The notes beneath the pieces were generated by a model. The model did not search any database, had not been told where the DNA came from, and worked only from the letters and a program-made list of their open reading frames with translations. A stretch of 31,994 bases of DNA, from the NCBI GenBank assembly GCA_964403625.1, contig CAYOHA010000001.1, positions 1 to 31,994 on the forward strand, in the 5' to 3' direction. This stretch comes from an uncultured Dehalococcoidales bacterium (GTDB lineage: Bacteria > Chloroflexota > Dehalococcoidia > Dehalococcoidales > UBA2162). Positions 1 to 9,361 of the stretch are shown here, piece by piece. A program made the position numbers and the translations under genes. Every line of letters begins with the position of its first letter. Position 1 is the stretch's first letter.

Positions 1-1
1 C

Positions 2-931
2 GGAGAATATATGAAAAGTGATGAGTATGCCCACTTTCTTGAAGACATGACCGATTTCATAATCCGCCGGTATCTACCACGCGTTTACGCTGCCCTGGAG
101 CCTTTATCCAGACTTCCCTCCATCAATGTGGGGATGGGTGCGCTGGAGAGACTTACCCAGATGCTAACCTCGGAAGAAATGAAAAAGGTGGGCCAGGTTT
201 TACTGAAGGCTGGAGAAGAACAGAAAAAGTGGTTTGAAGCCATGGCCGGATTTAGTGAAGATATGGAGTACCTGGGCTTTCCGCCGTTCAATAGGGGAGG
301 CTTTGTTGCCGGCGGTCCGGCCTTTGATGTTATGGCCAATACTTACCGCGGCTGGAAAGGTATCATTAAAGATATGTTCCGGCAGCCCGATAAACTCATC
401 GCCGCTATGGAAAAAATAAATGAAATGCAAATGGCCAGAGCCAAACCGGCAGACCCCTCTATTCCCGGCCCAATGCTGGGCGGTGGCGGCGCCATACACC
501 GGGGCTCAGACCGGTTTCTATCTAAGCAACAGTGGGAGAAATTTTACTGGCCTCCCTGGAAGAAAGCACTGCAAAAAACGATTGACCTGGGTTACATTCC
601 TTTCATATTTGCTGAGGGATTCTGTGAAAAGCGCTTCGAGTACTTCCTCGAGTTCCCCAAGCGCAGCCTGGTAATCCGCTTTACCGATACGGATATGTTT
701 AAAGCCAAGGAAGCCCTGGGCGACCATTTTTGTCTGATGGGTAGCGTGCCCCTGACATTATTACAGATGGGCTCAGCTTCAGAAGTGGATGAATACTGCA
801 AGAAACTCATCCAGGTCTGTGGCAAGGGCGGTGGTTACATCATGAGGACGGATACGGATTATATCCAAGACGCTAAACCGGAAAATGTTAAAGCAATGAT
901 GGACGCGGTTGAGAAATACGGTAGATACTAA
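2..931 (+). CDS. Uroporphyrinogen decarboxylase-family (URO-D/MtaA-CmuA-like TIM barrel) protein, 5'-truncated by the window edge
   Basis: C-terminus 'HFCLMGSVP..LL..GS..EVDEYCKKLI..CGKGGGYIM' is typical of the family. The frame is open upstream of ATG 11 to the window edge (GGA GAA TAT). A corrinoid protein gene follows directly. Confidence 0.8.
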   Translation, partial: GEYMKSDEYAHFLEDMTDFIIRRYLPRVYAALEPLSRLPSINVGMGALERLTQMLTSEEMKKVGQVLLKAGEEQKKWFEAMAGFSEDMEYLGFPPFNRGGFVAGGPAFDVMANTYRGWKGIIKDMFRQPDKLIAAMEKINEMQMARAKPADPSIPGPMLGGGGAIHRGSDRFLSKQQWEKFYWPPWKKALQKTIDLGYIPFIFAEGFCEKRFEYFLEFPKRSLVIRFTDTDMFKAKEALGDHFCLMGSVPLTLLQMGSASEVDEYCKKLIQVCGKGGGYIMRTDTDYIQDAKPENVKAMMDAVEKYGRY

Positions 932-984
932 TACTTAATCGTCTGAACATCAGATATTATCAACATTCTAAAAAGGAGAACAAT

Positions 985-1623
985 ATGAGTGAAGACTTGG
1001 TAAAGGCAATGTCTGAAATACGTGAAGATGATGCGATACGCCTGGTGAATGAAGCAATTGCTAATGGAGTGGACCCCCTTAGTATCCTGGAAGATTGCCA
1101 GGAAGCCATGAATATCGTGGGAGAACGTTACGAAAAAGGAGAATATTACTTGCCGGAACTTATGATGTCGGGTGAGGTACTTCAGTCTATTTCTGATATT
1201 GTAAAACCCTTAATGCAGGCAAATAATTCGGAAGAAAGCAGAAAAAAGGGCAGGATAGTGCTCGGTACGGTAGCCGGGGACATACATGATATTGGCAAAG
1301 ATATTGTCGGTTTCATGCTGGATGTTAACGGTTTTGAGGTGTATGACCTGGGGGTGGATGTTCCCGAAGAAAAGTTCGTCGAAAAAGTTAAAGAAGTGAA
1401 ACCGCAGGTTGTAGCGTTGAGCGGATTTCTTACCGTGGCTTATGATGCGATGAAGTCGACAGTTGAGGCGCTAAAGAAGGCCGGTTTAAGAGATGATGTC
1501 AAGATAATGATCGGCGGCGGCCAGATGACTGAAATGGTGAAGGAGCATGTCGCCGCCGATGCCTTCGGTCTGGATGCCGTGGCAGCGGTGCGGCTGGCTA
1601 AAGAATGGATACCAGCTAAGTAG
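985..1623 (+). CDS. Cobalamin (corrinoid)-binding protein of a methyltransferase system
   Basis: B12-binding signature GDIHDIGK (DxHxxG), SGFLT and IGGG, with an N-terminal cap domain 'Y.LPEL.MSGE'. SD AAGGAG upstream. Confidence 0.93.
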   Translation: MSEDLVKAMSEIREDDAIRLVNEAIANGVDPLSILEDCQEAMNIVGERYEKGEYYLPELMMSGEVLQSISDIVKPLMQANNSEESRKKGRIVLGTVAGDIHDIGKDIVGFMLDVNGFEVYDLGVDVPEEKFVEKVKEVKPQVVALSGFLTVAYDAMKSTVEALKKAGLRDDVKIMIGGGQMTEMVKEHVAADAFGLDAVAAVRLAKEWIPAK

Positions 1624-1726
1624 CCAAACAACGGTTTGCCCCGTAGTTATTTCACATAAGCCGGATGTAGTTGCGGTATATCGCCGCGGTAATAAGACTC
1701 AAGGTCTGAAGTCGCTCCAATAAAAC

Positions 1727-1758
1727 AAAGGTGACAGGGCGTACGCCCTGTCACCTTT
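1727..1758. terminator. Bidirectional intrinsic terminator (perfect 32 bp palindrome)
   Basis: aaaggtgacagggcgt|acgccctgtcaccttt, between convergent genes, with A/T-rich flanks. Confidence 0.8.
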
Positions 1759-1792
1759 ATATATTATTATTTTTATTACGTTATCATGGTCG

Positions 1793-2575
1793 CTATTTGT
1801 TCTTGAATTCGGGTTTCCTTTTTTCTGTAAATGCTTTCATGCCTTCCTTCTGGTCTTCCGTAGCGAAACAGCGGGCAAAATAGCATTCGTCCAGGTCCAA
1901 CGCTGCGGCTAGGTTCAGGTCAATCCCGGTATTAAAGGCCTTTTTAATGTAAGACAACGTCACACTGCTTTTACTGAGCAGCTTCCTCGCCAGTGCCTTG
2001 GCCTCTTCGATCAGTTTGTCCGGGGGTACAACTTTATTAATAATTCCCATCTGGAGGGCACTCTGGGCGTCATAAACATCCCCGGTAAAGACGATTTCTT
2101 TTGCCCTGGCCATGCCGGCCAATTGAGTAAGCCGTGGAATGGCACCTCCACCCGGGACAACGCCGACGTTTATCTCCTGCTGACCGAATTGAGCATTTTC
2201 TGAAGCTATCCTCAGGTCGCAGGCCAGGGCAAGCTCATTACCGCCCCCGAAAGCGTATCCGTTTATCGCGGCGATGACCGGCTTACTTAGATTGTAAATA
2301 CTGTCACCAGCCCATCTGGCGATGGTGATAAACCGTTCAATATCTACGCTGTTTCTATCCTTCATTTCCAGAATATCCACTCCGGCGACAAAAGATTTCT
2401 CACCAGCACCCGTGATGATAACAACGCGTACTTCGGGATCTTGTTCGATTTCGGTGAACATCTTGTTGAGCTCGCTATAGACTTCTATATTAAGGGCATT
2501 CAATACTTGAGGTCGATTGATGGTGACCACGCCGATACCATCTTCCTTTTCAAAAAGCAAGTACTTGTAGCTCAA
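1793..2575 (-). CDS. Enoyl-CoA hydratase/crotonase
   Basis: SFVAGVDI, AINGYAFGGGNELALACDLRIA and FGQQEINVGVVPGGG motifs with both catalytic Glu. TTG start 9 nt after GGAGG. Confidence 0.93.
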   Translation of the reverse strand: MSYKYLLFEKEDGIGVVTINRPQVLNALNIEVYSELNKMFTEIEQDPEVRVVIITGAGEKSFVAGVDILEMKDRNSVDIERFITIARWAGDSIYNLSKPVIAAINGYAFGGGNELALACDLRIASENAQFGQQEINVGVVPGGGAIPRLTQLAGMARAKEIVFTGDVYDAQSALQMGIINKVVPPDKLIEEAKALARKLLSKSSVTLSYIKKAFNTGIDLNLAAALDLDECYFARCFATEDQKEGMKAFTEKRKPEFKNK

Positions 2576-2641
2576 GGCATTGACCTCCTTACTTAATTAT
2601 TTCAGGCCGTGTAAAAAAGGTGGCGGAGGTGTACTGATATT

Positions 2642-3049
2642 TCAATCGGCCACAGTGAAGGTAAGGGCAATACGCGACCCGCCGGAGAACATGTCTGCCG
2701 GGACTTCCTGATAGTCTATTCTCCCCTTACGGCCAATGAGATTCTCCATGGTGGCATCTTTTGGGTCAAAATTGATGATATTGGTCGTGACCCAGGGCCC
2801 CTCCTCGAGTTCCACCAGGCTAACGATGTAAGGAGGAGTAAATCCCTCGGCCGGGGTGTAGATGACGGTAAAGCTGCGTACTTCACCATTACGGCTGAGC
2901 TCCACCACTTCCATATCTTCACTATGGCAGTTGGAGCATACCTTCTGGGGAGGTACGGTGTATTCCCCGCACTCATTGCATTTCAGCCCCCGAAAACTGC
3001 CGCCCCTGAGGGCGTCAGCGTACTCATCAGCTGTAAATAAATATTCCAT
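2642..3049 (-). CDS. DUF35 Zn-ribbon/OB-fold protein (thiolase partner)
   Basis: CNECG..VCSNC zinc ribbon plus OB fold 'G.V.SFTVI..P...F.PPY..LVELEEG'. Directly downstream of a thiolase. Confidence 0.92.
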   Translation of the reverse strand: MEYLFTADEYADALRGGSFRGLKCNECGEYTVPPQKVCSNCHSEDMEVVELSRNGEVRSFTVIYTPAEGFTPPYIVSLVELEEGPWVTTNIINFDPKDATMENLIGRKGRIDYQEVPADMFSGGSRIALTFTVAD

Positions 3050-3053
3050 TTCT

Positions 3054-4226
3054 TTACCAGCCTCTCCTCATAATTATGTGGGCGATGGAAGCAAAACTGC
3101 CGCCCATGGTGTCCGTTATGCCTATCTTCGCCCCCTCGGCCTGCCGGGGACCGCAGTTCCCCCTCAGTTGATTGACTATCTCATAGACTTGGGCAGCGCC
3201 GGTAGCCCCTACCGGGTGTCCCTTGGCCTTGATGCCGCCGGAGACATTAATCGGGATCTTGCCGCCAAGATCGGTATCGCCCCGCAGGACTGCTTTATAC
3301 CCGTCTCCCGGTTCAAAGAAACCAAGCCCCTCGCTGGCCACTATCTCCGCGATGGTAAAGCAGTCATGCAGTTCGCAGACATCGATGTCTGAAGGTTTGA
3401 GCCCTGCCATCTTATAAGCACGCTGGACTGACATTTCACGCGCGGGAATGCGGGTGATGTCCTTCTGGCTGCATACCGAGCCTGAAGAACCCTGACCGAC
3501 GCCGATAATCTGTACCGGTTTATCCGTCAGCTTCTTGGCGACATCCATCGCGGCGACAACGACGGCGGCGGCTCCGTCCGAAATCGGGCAGCAATCATAA
3601 ACCTGGAGAGGAGAAGCCACCATGGCGCTTTCGTAGATTTTTTCCATGGTTACATCTTTACCGTAAAACTGCGCCTTGGGATTAATACTACCCCACTTAT
3701 GGGCCTTGAAAGATACCCTGGCCATGGCTTCTTTGAGCTCAGCCAGAGGAATGTTATACCGATTAGCATACAGGTGGGCCATCATGGCGAATATCCCCGG
3801 AAAGCTCAGGCCGGTGGGGGTTTCATATCTGGCGTGAACACCCATGCCCATGACCCGCGTCGCCAACGGGGTGCTCATCGTCCTTTGCCTTTCAGTGCCG
3901 CCCGCCAGGACAATATCATATATTCCCGAGGCTACCCAGACGAAGGCGTTAATCACCGCCAGCGTACCCGATGAGCAGGCGCCTTCAAATCTGGTAGCGG
4001 GTGTCCCTCGGAGTCCGATATCAGCGGTACACATGGAGGCTATTACCGACTGTCCTTCCTCCAGATTACCATCGGCATTGCCCACATAGACCGCCTGAAT
4101 GTCTTCAGGTTTTATATTTGAGGCGCTGATAGCGTCTGTGGCTGCTTCGGCGAACATCTCGACCTGGGTCTTCTCCGATTCCCCAAATTTGGTCATGCCA
4201 ACTCCTAGTATCGCTACTTCTCTCAT
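3054..4226 (-). CDS. Thiolase (archaeal/SCP2-type acetyl-CoA acyltransferase)
   Basis: EGACSSG (nucleophile Cys), ELHDCF, KAKGHPVGATG. Confidence 0.93.
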   Translation of the reverse strand: MREVAILGVGMTKFGESEKTQVEMFAEAATDAISASNIKPEDIQAVYVGNADGNLEEGQSVIASMCTADIGLRGTPATRFEGACSSGTLAVINAFVWVASGIYDIVLAGGTERQRTMSTPLATRVMGMGVHARYETPTGLSFPGIFAMMAHLYANRYNIPLAELKEAMARVSFKAHKWGSINPKAQFYGKDVTMEKIYESAMVASPLQVYDCCPISDGAAAVVVAAMDVAKKLTDKPVQIIGVGQGSSGSVCSQKDITRIPAREMSVQRAYKMAGLKPSDIDVCELHDCFTIAEIVASEGLGFFEPGDGYKAVLRGDTDLGGKIPINVSGGIKAKGHPVGATGAAQVYEIVNQLRGNCGPRQAEGAKIGITDTMGGSFASIAHIIMRRGW

Positions 4227-4273
4227 TTGCTCCTCGCTCGTTCACTGTTTTTTTCGTTTCTGTATCCAAACCT

Positions 4274-5125
4274 CTAAGTATATTCATAGAATCCTTTGCC
4301 ACTCTTGCGTCCGAGCCACCCGGCGGTAAGCATTTTCTTCATCAGGGTGGGCGGCGCAAACCGCGGGTCTTGAAGTTCCTCGTACATGGCGGTGGCTCCG
4401 GCGAAGACGCTATCGATACCGATCAGATCGATGAGCCGGAGCGGACCCATGGGATGGTTCATTCCCAAGGTGGCGGCGTTGTCGATGTCCTCTCTCGTGG
4501 CTTTACCGTTCTCCAGCATGCGGACAGCGTCGAGCAAGAAAGGTGTAAACAACCGGTTGACAATGAACCCGGGGCTGTCCTGGGACACGGCGGGCGTTTT
4601 ACCCAGGGAAACCACAAATTCCACGCCAGTTTTAACGGTATCTTCACTGGTGACGATGGTTTTAATCACTTCGACGAGCTTCATCACCGGCACCGGATTG
4701 AAGAAGTGCAGGCCGAGCACTTTATCGGGACGGCCGGTGGCCATGGCAATATCAGTCACGGATTGCCCGGACGTGTTGGTGGCCAGTATCGTATCATCCA
4801 GACAGACCCTGTCTAGTCCGGTAAAAATCTCTTTCTTTATGTCGAAATTCTCCGTGGCAGCTTCTATCACTAAATCGCAATCGGAAAATTCTTTGGTATC
4901 GGTGGAGCCTTTGATACGGCCCAGAATGGCATCTTTATCCGGACCGGTCAGCTTTCCCTTCTCCACGTTTTTAGACAGTCCAGAAATGATGGAATTCAAA
5001 CCTTTTTGCAGCAGCTCATTATTTATTTCCACGACCACCACCGGATAACCTGATTGAGCACATACCTGGGTAATGCCGGAACCCATCAGCCCGCAACCAA
5101 CGACGCCGATTTTCCTGACTTGCAT
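4274..5125 (-). CDS. hbd: 3-hydroxybutyryl/3-hydroxyacyl-CoA dehydrogenase
   Basis: GCGLMGSGI Rossmann motif, ATNTS, GLHFFNPVPVMKLVE, PGFIVNR, HPMGPL, GRKSGKGFY. Confidence 0.92.
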   Translation of the reverse strand: MQVRKIGVVGCGLMGSGITQVCAQSGYPVVVVEINNELLQKGLNSIISGLSKNVEKGKLTGPDKDAILGRIKGSTDTKEFSDCDLVIEAATENFDIKKEIFTGLDRVCLDDTILATNTSGQSVTDIAMATGRPDKVLGLHFFNPVPVMKLVEVIKTIVTSEDTVKTGVEFVVSLGKTPAVSQDSPGFIVNRLFTPFLLDAVRMLENGKATREDIDNAATLGMNHPMGPLRLIDLIGIDSVFAGATAMYEELQDPRFAPPTLMKKMLTAGWLGRKSGKGFYEYT

Positions 5126-5674
5126 ATTAACCCCTTACTGTCTGGTTAGATAACGGTTTTATCAGTAATCGCCAGCTTATTATATTATACAACATTTTAA
5201 AGTACCCAGACACTTATGAGACTCGATCTTGACAATAGTCGTGCCTTATTCCGCCAGGTAGCGGGAGGTGGATGGATCGACAATGACCCAGGCGAACTCG
5301 ACCACCTTATACCACTAAAGACTTACTCGTTCATATTTTACCTAGATGATATTTCTTAACTATAAGGAATCGAGTGTTTCTCTGGAAATACCCACTTCAA
5401 TCCCGTAAATATCATCATTGTACTCACCTATCAGCGACACCTGTATTTGGTACTTTATCGGCGTTTCACTCATTCTGATAAAGGGGCCACAGAAAATGAT
5501 GGAATCTACCAGCTTGTCAAGGTATATCTACTCTCAAGAATATCTGGACCTAAGTTGAAGACCCCTCACTAATATCCCTGGTCGCTGAAATGGGAGTAAT
5601 CAATATTTTTAAAATAGCTCCCTCATGTCTGCTATACTAATAGAAAATAGAAATGCGAATTACTTTCAGGCTGG

Positions 5675-6580
5675 TTACAAGGTGCCTCTCAGCCTGGGGT
5701 CAAGGGCATCCCTCAGTCCGTCTCCGACCATATTGAAGCTGAATACCAGCAGCATGATAGCAACGCCGGGGGCCAAGGAAAGTACCGGATGCGTTCGCAG
5801 ATACTGTCGGCCGTCATTAATCATACTGCCCCAGGTTGCCGTTGGAGCCTGAACGCCGATACCCAGGAAGCCGAGGCCGGCTTCTGCCAGTACAACGGCT
5901 CCTATCTGCATGGTCAAGGCTACGATAAGCGGTGGAAAGCAGTTAGGTGCGATATGACGCAACATGATACGTAAGTTGCTGCCTCCCAAAGAACGTCCCG
6001 CTAGAACATAGTCATTTTCTTTCACTCCGAGCACCTGACCGCACATTAACCTGCCGTAAACCGGCATCATGGCAACGCTGAGTGCTATGACAACGTTTAC
6101 AAGACCTCCCCCCAGCAGAGAAGCAATAAGCAGAGCCAGTACTATAAGAGGGAAAGCCATAAGAGAGTCTAAACATCTCATGATAATAGTATAGGTCCAG
6201 CCACCAAAATATCCTGCAAAGAGTCCCAGTAGCGTACCGCCGGCAGAAGCAACTGCGACCACAATCAGGGAAATTATAAGCGAAATCTGTGAGCCGTAGA
6301 TGATACGGCTTAACGTGTCTCTTCCCAGGGCGTCTGTGCCCAGTAGATGCTCCCCGCTAGGTGATGCCAGGGTATTAGCCAGGTCTTGATCATTCGGGTC
6401 GTAGGGAGATATTAGCGGGGCAGTAATAGCTACTATTATCAATCCCAAGATTATTACCATACCTAATACCACCACTTTCCGACCCAAAAACACCCTCAGA
6501 AATCGCCGAAACTCATTGACACGTGGTGGAATTTCTGTTATTTCTCCCATGCGTGCATCTATTTCTGACACTGCTAGCAC
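5675..6580 (-). CDS. dppC: Peptide/nickel-type ABC transporter permease (DppC/OppC family)
   Basis: HLLGTDALGRDTLSRIIYG, an EAA-like loop 'ENDYVLAGRSLGGSNLRIMLRHIAPN', and a multi-TM pattern. GTG start. Confidence 0.93.
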   Translation of the reverse strand: MLAVSEIDARMGEITEIPPRVNEFRRFLRVFLGRKVVVLGMVIILGLIIVAITAPLISPYDPNDQDLANTLASPSGEHLLGTDALGRDTLSRIIYGSQISLIISLIVVAVASAGGTLLGLFAGYFGGWTYTIIMRCLDSLMAFPLIVLALLIASLLGGGLVNVVIALSVAMMPVYGRLMCGQVLGVKENDYVLAGRSLGGSNLRIMLRHIAPNCFPPLIVALTMQIGAVVLAEAGLGFLGIGVQAPTATWGSMINDGRQYLRTHPVLSLAPGVAIMLLVFSFNMVGDGLRDALDPRLRGTL

Positions 6581-6583
6581 CTT

Positions 6584-7540
6584 TTATTCATATCTGATTC
6601 TGGGGTCGAGACAGCCATAGGCAATGTCCGTAAGCAGGTTGGATATTATTACTACTGCGGCTACCAGTAAAGTAACAGCCTGTACGTAGGGGTAATCCTT
6701 GCCAAGGGTAGAAGTGACTGCCAGCCTGCCCAAACCGGGGATGTTGAACACGGTCTCTATCAATACTGAGCCACCAATGATGGCTCCGAATCCCATGCCT
6801 GCCAGGGTAAGTACCGGTATGAGTCCGTTTTTCAGGGCATGCTTTATTATTACCGCCCGTTCTCTTAAACCCTTGGACCAGGCAGTCCGGATATAATCCT
6901 GTCCCATTACCTCCAGCATGGCGGAACGGGTCTGGCGAACGTTTGACGCTATTGGAAATAAGCACAAGCAGATGATCGGCATTATAAGCTGTCTTGTGCT
7001 CAAGGCGAAGTTCTCAAAAGGCGAGGTATAGCCCTGTACGGGAAGCCAGCCAAGATTAAGGGCAACCAGATATATTAGTAAAAAGCCCAGCCAGAAGTTA
7101 GGAATAGTTATCCCTATGTTTGCCAGAACGGTTATCGCCGTATCCAGCCAGGTACTACGCCTGATCGCGCATATTACCCCCATCGGTATGCCAATAATAA
7201 GGCTGATGACGAAAGAGAGTATACCCAGATGGAAAGTTATGGGTAACCGTCTGCCTATTTCTTTGGTCACCTCACTGCGGGTAAAAATAGATTTCCCGAA
7301 GTCACCCCGAAAGATGCCTCCCATCCAGTCAAAATATTGTACTACTATAGGTTTGTCTAGCCCGTATTCATGTCTGATCTGTTCAAGATATTCCGGAGTG
7401 ATTTCCGCCAGTTCCTGCTCACTTATAAGCAGTAATATTGGGTCACCCGGCAGTAAACGCATCGCAATGAAAAGCGCGAATGTGACTATTAAAAGGATTA
7501 TTATCGCCTGTATCAGCCTGCGTATGATATATGTTATCAC
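6584..7540 (-). CDS. dppB: Peptide/nickel-type ABC transporter permease (DppB/OppB family)
   Basis: YIIRRL..., LPGDP, GLDKP, DYIRTAWSKGL, HALKN, ETVFNIPGLG, LDPRIRY. Confidence 0.94.
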   Translation of the reverse strand: MITYIIRRLIQAIIILLIVTFALFIAMRLLPGDPILLLISEQELAEITPEYLEQIRHEYGLDKPIVVQYFDWMGGIFRGDFGKSIFTRSEVTKEIGRRLPITFHLGILSFVISLIIGIPMGVICAIRRSTWLDTAITVLANIGITIPNFWLGFLLIYLVALNLGWLPVQGYTSPFENFALSTRQLIMPIICLCLFPIASNVRQTRSAMLEVMGQDYIRTAWSKGLRERAVIIKHALKNGLIPVLTLAGMGFGAIIGGSVLIETVFNIPGLGRLAVTSTLGKDYPYVQAVTLLVAAVVIISNLLTDIAYGCLDPRIRYE

Positions 7541-7551
7541 TGATAACCTTT

Positions 7552-8781
7552 TTACACTTGAGCAATCACATATTTATTCTTGAAGGATTCAATATCATCC
7601 CAGGTATAGCCCAACTCTAGTAATATCTCTTCGGTATGTTGTCCCCATTCCGGAGCTGGGGTTCGGTAGGTCCCGGGAGTTTCGGTAAATTTCTGAGGAG
7701 CTGGAAGAAGTTCAATTTGCCCCCAGACTGGATGGTCAAATGTTTCGATGACATTGTTAGCCTTGGCTTGCGGGTCTGCTAGAGCTTCCACCGGTGTCTG
7801 GACGGGTGAATATACCAGATCGCTTTCGGCTAGCTTTTCTTTCCATTCTTTCATAGTGAACTTAGCAAATATATCATCTAACATCTTGATTAAGGTAAGC
7901 TTATTTTCTCTTCTCGCTTCCATAGAATTATAACGAGGATCATCTTTAATGCTTTCCAGTCCCATTGTTTTACAGAACCGTTCCCAATAATGATCGGATT
8001 GCATATTGTACAGCAAGATCCATCGGTTATCTTTGGTTTTGTAGAAGTTGGCAATAGGATTATCGGCTGTTTCCCTGTTATGCCTGGGTGGATTCTCATG
8101 TGTGGCCAGAGCCGCCATGGAATCCGCTGCCAGCGCCCAAACGCCGTTGTTGAATAAGTTGGTATATACCGCTTGCCCGATTCCTATTTCTTTACGAGCA
8201 TAAAGGGCTAGAACAATACCACAGGCACAGAACATACCTGAAGGTATATCCCCAAATCCTCCTCTGGGCCAGATTGGTACATCATTTGAATCCGCTGTCA
8301 TATAGGTTATTCCGGACTTGGCAAAATAGCAGATTCCATCAAATCCGGGCATGTCTTTTTCTGGGCCTTTGGTGCCATACCCGGTAATGAGGGCATAAAT
8401 GAGCTGGGGGTTAATGGCTTTTATTGTCTCATATTCTATATCAAATTTTTTTACATCTCTAGTTCTCATGGCAGCCAGGAGAACATCCGATTTGGTCACC
8501 AGCTTTTTTAGTATCGCCTGCCCTTCTTTGGAAACAAGATCCAGAGTAATACTTTTCTTGTTCATGTTTGGCTGTTCAAACATGAAATTATATTTGCGTT
8601 CGTTGAGAAACGTAGTTCCTATACCACTCTGGAGTCCCCTAATTGAATCACCCCGGATAGGATGCTCGACTTTAATAACTTCAGCTCCCCATTGGCCTAA
8701 TAAGCCGGCGCACATTGGGCCAGCCCCCCATTGGGTAATATCTATGACTCTAATCCCTTCAAGTATTCCTCTGGATTGCAT
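7552..8781 (-). CDS. Class III (CaiB/BaiF) CoA-transferase
   Basis: LEGIRVIDIT..GAGP, GAEVIKVE, NMNKKSITLDL, GFGD (catalytic Asp region), APEWGQHTEEIL. Confidence 0.93.
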   Translation of the reverse strand: MQSRGILEGIRVIDITQWGAGPMCAGLLGQWGAEVIKVEHPIRGDSIRGLQSGIGTTFLNERKYNFMFEQPNMNKKSITLDLVSKEGQAILKKLVTKSDVLLAAMRTRDVKKFDIEYETIKAINPQLIYALITGYGTKGPEKDMPGFDGICYFAKSGITYMTADSNDVPIWPRGGFGDIPSGMFCACGIVLALYARKEIGIGQAVYTNLFNNGVWALAADSMAALATHENPPRHNRETADNPIANFYKTKDNRWILLYNMQSDHYWERFCKTMGLESIKDDPRYNSMEARRENKLTLIKMLDDIFAKFTMKEWKEKLAESDLVYSPVQTPVEALADPQAKANNVIETFDHPVWGQIELLPAPQKFTETPGTYRTPAPEWGQHTEEILLELGYTWDDIESFKNKYVIAQV

Positions 8782-9045
8782 TATCCCTTCCTCTAAATAT
8801 CAATAGGGTTTCCCAACTTTCGTTTTCGATTGAACTTATGTTACTAATTATATTGCGGATTTGAGTAGATGTCTATTATTCATCAATGGTTTTAGTACCG
8901 AACATATTTTTTGTTTTGGAGGATACCTCGCAATAACAGGAGAGTTGATCAAAAAGGGAATAATCAAGACATATTCAGTAATGCTCCCTTTAGTCATTTA
9001 TAAGACTGTATTCAACTGTCTGGTGAGTAAATATATCGGTATGCA

Positions 9046-9075
9046 AATATACCATATTGAAAAAAGATTTGTCAA
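9046..9075 (-). promoter_or_regulatory. Sigma70-type promoter for the CoA-transferase/permease operon
   Basis: Minus strand TTGACA (9075-9070), 18 nt spacer, TG-n-TATATT (9051-9046). Confidence 0.55.
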
Positions 9076-9193
9076 GTGAAATTTCGCCTTAGAATATCGA
9101 TACAACCAGCCTGTATAACACTAAAAGCCCCTCCCCATTACATCCGCAACAATAGCTTTTTCGGTAACTTTTATTATGTGTACATGCCCGTCC

Positions 9194-9252
9194 TTGACAA
9201 GCATCCTCTTATATGCTAAATTATATAACCAATAACTTATTTACTGACTGGA
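9194..9252 (+). promoter_or_regulatory. Sigma70 promoter plus downstream conserved box for the SDR/binding-protein operon (copy 1 of duplicated cassette)
   Basis: TTGACA-17-TAAATT with extended -10 TG. 49/59 identical to the reverse complement of 18150-18208. Confidence 0.75.
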
Positions 9253-9361
9253 TATTTAGTATACTTTTATGGTTATAACTTGTCCGCCTTTATATTGTAA
9301 CAAACAGGTATAGGTTTTATGTGCCTGTGATCAGTAAATAGGAAAAACGTTAAGGGAGAAG

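Noticed and set aside
8861-9079. 72 aa AT-rich ORF in the divergent intergenic region
   Set aside because: It covers the minus-strand promoter and has no SD or motif.
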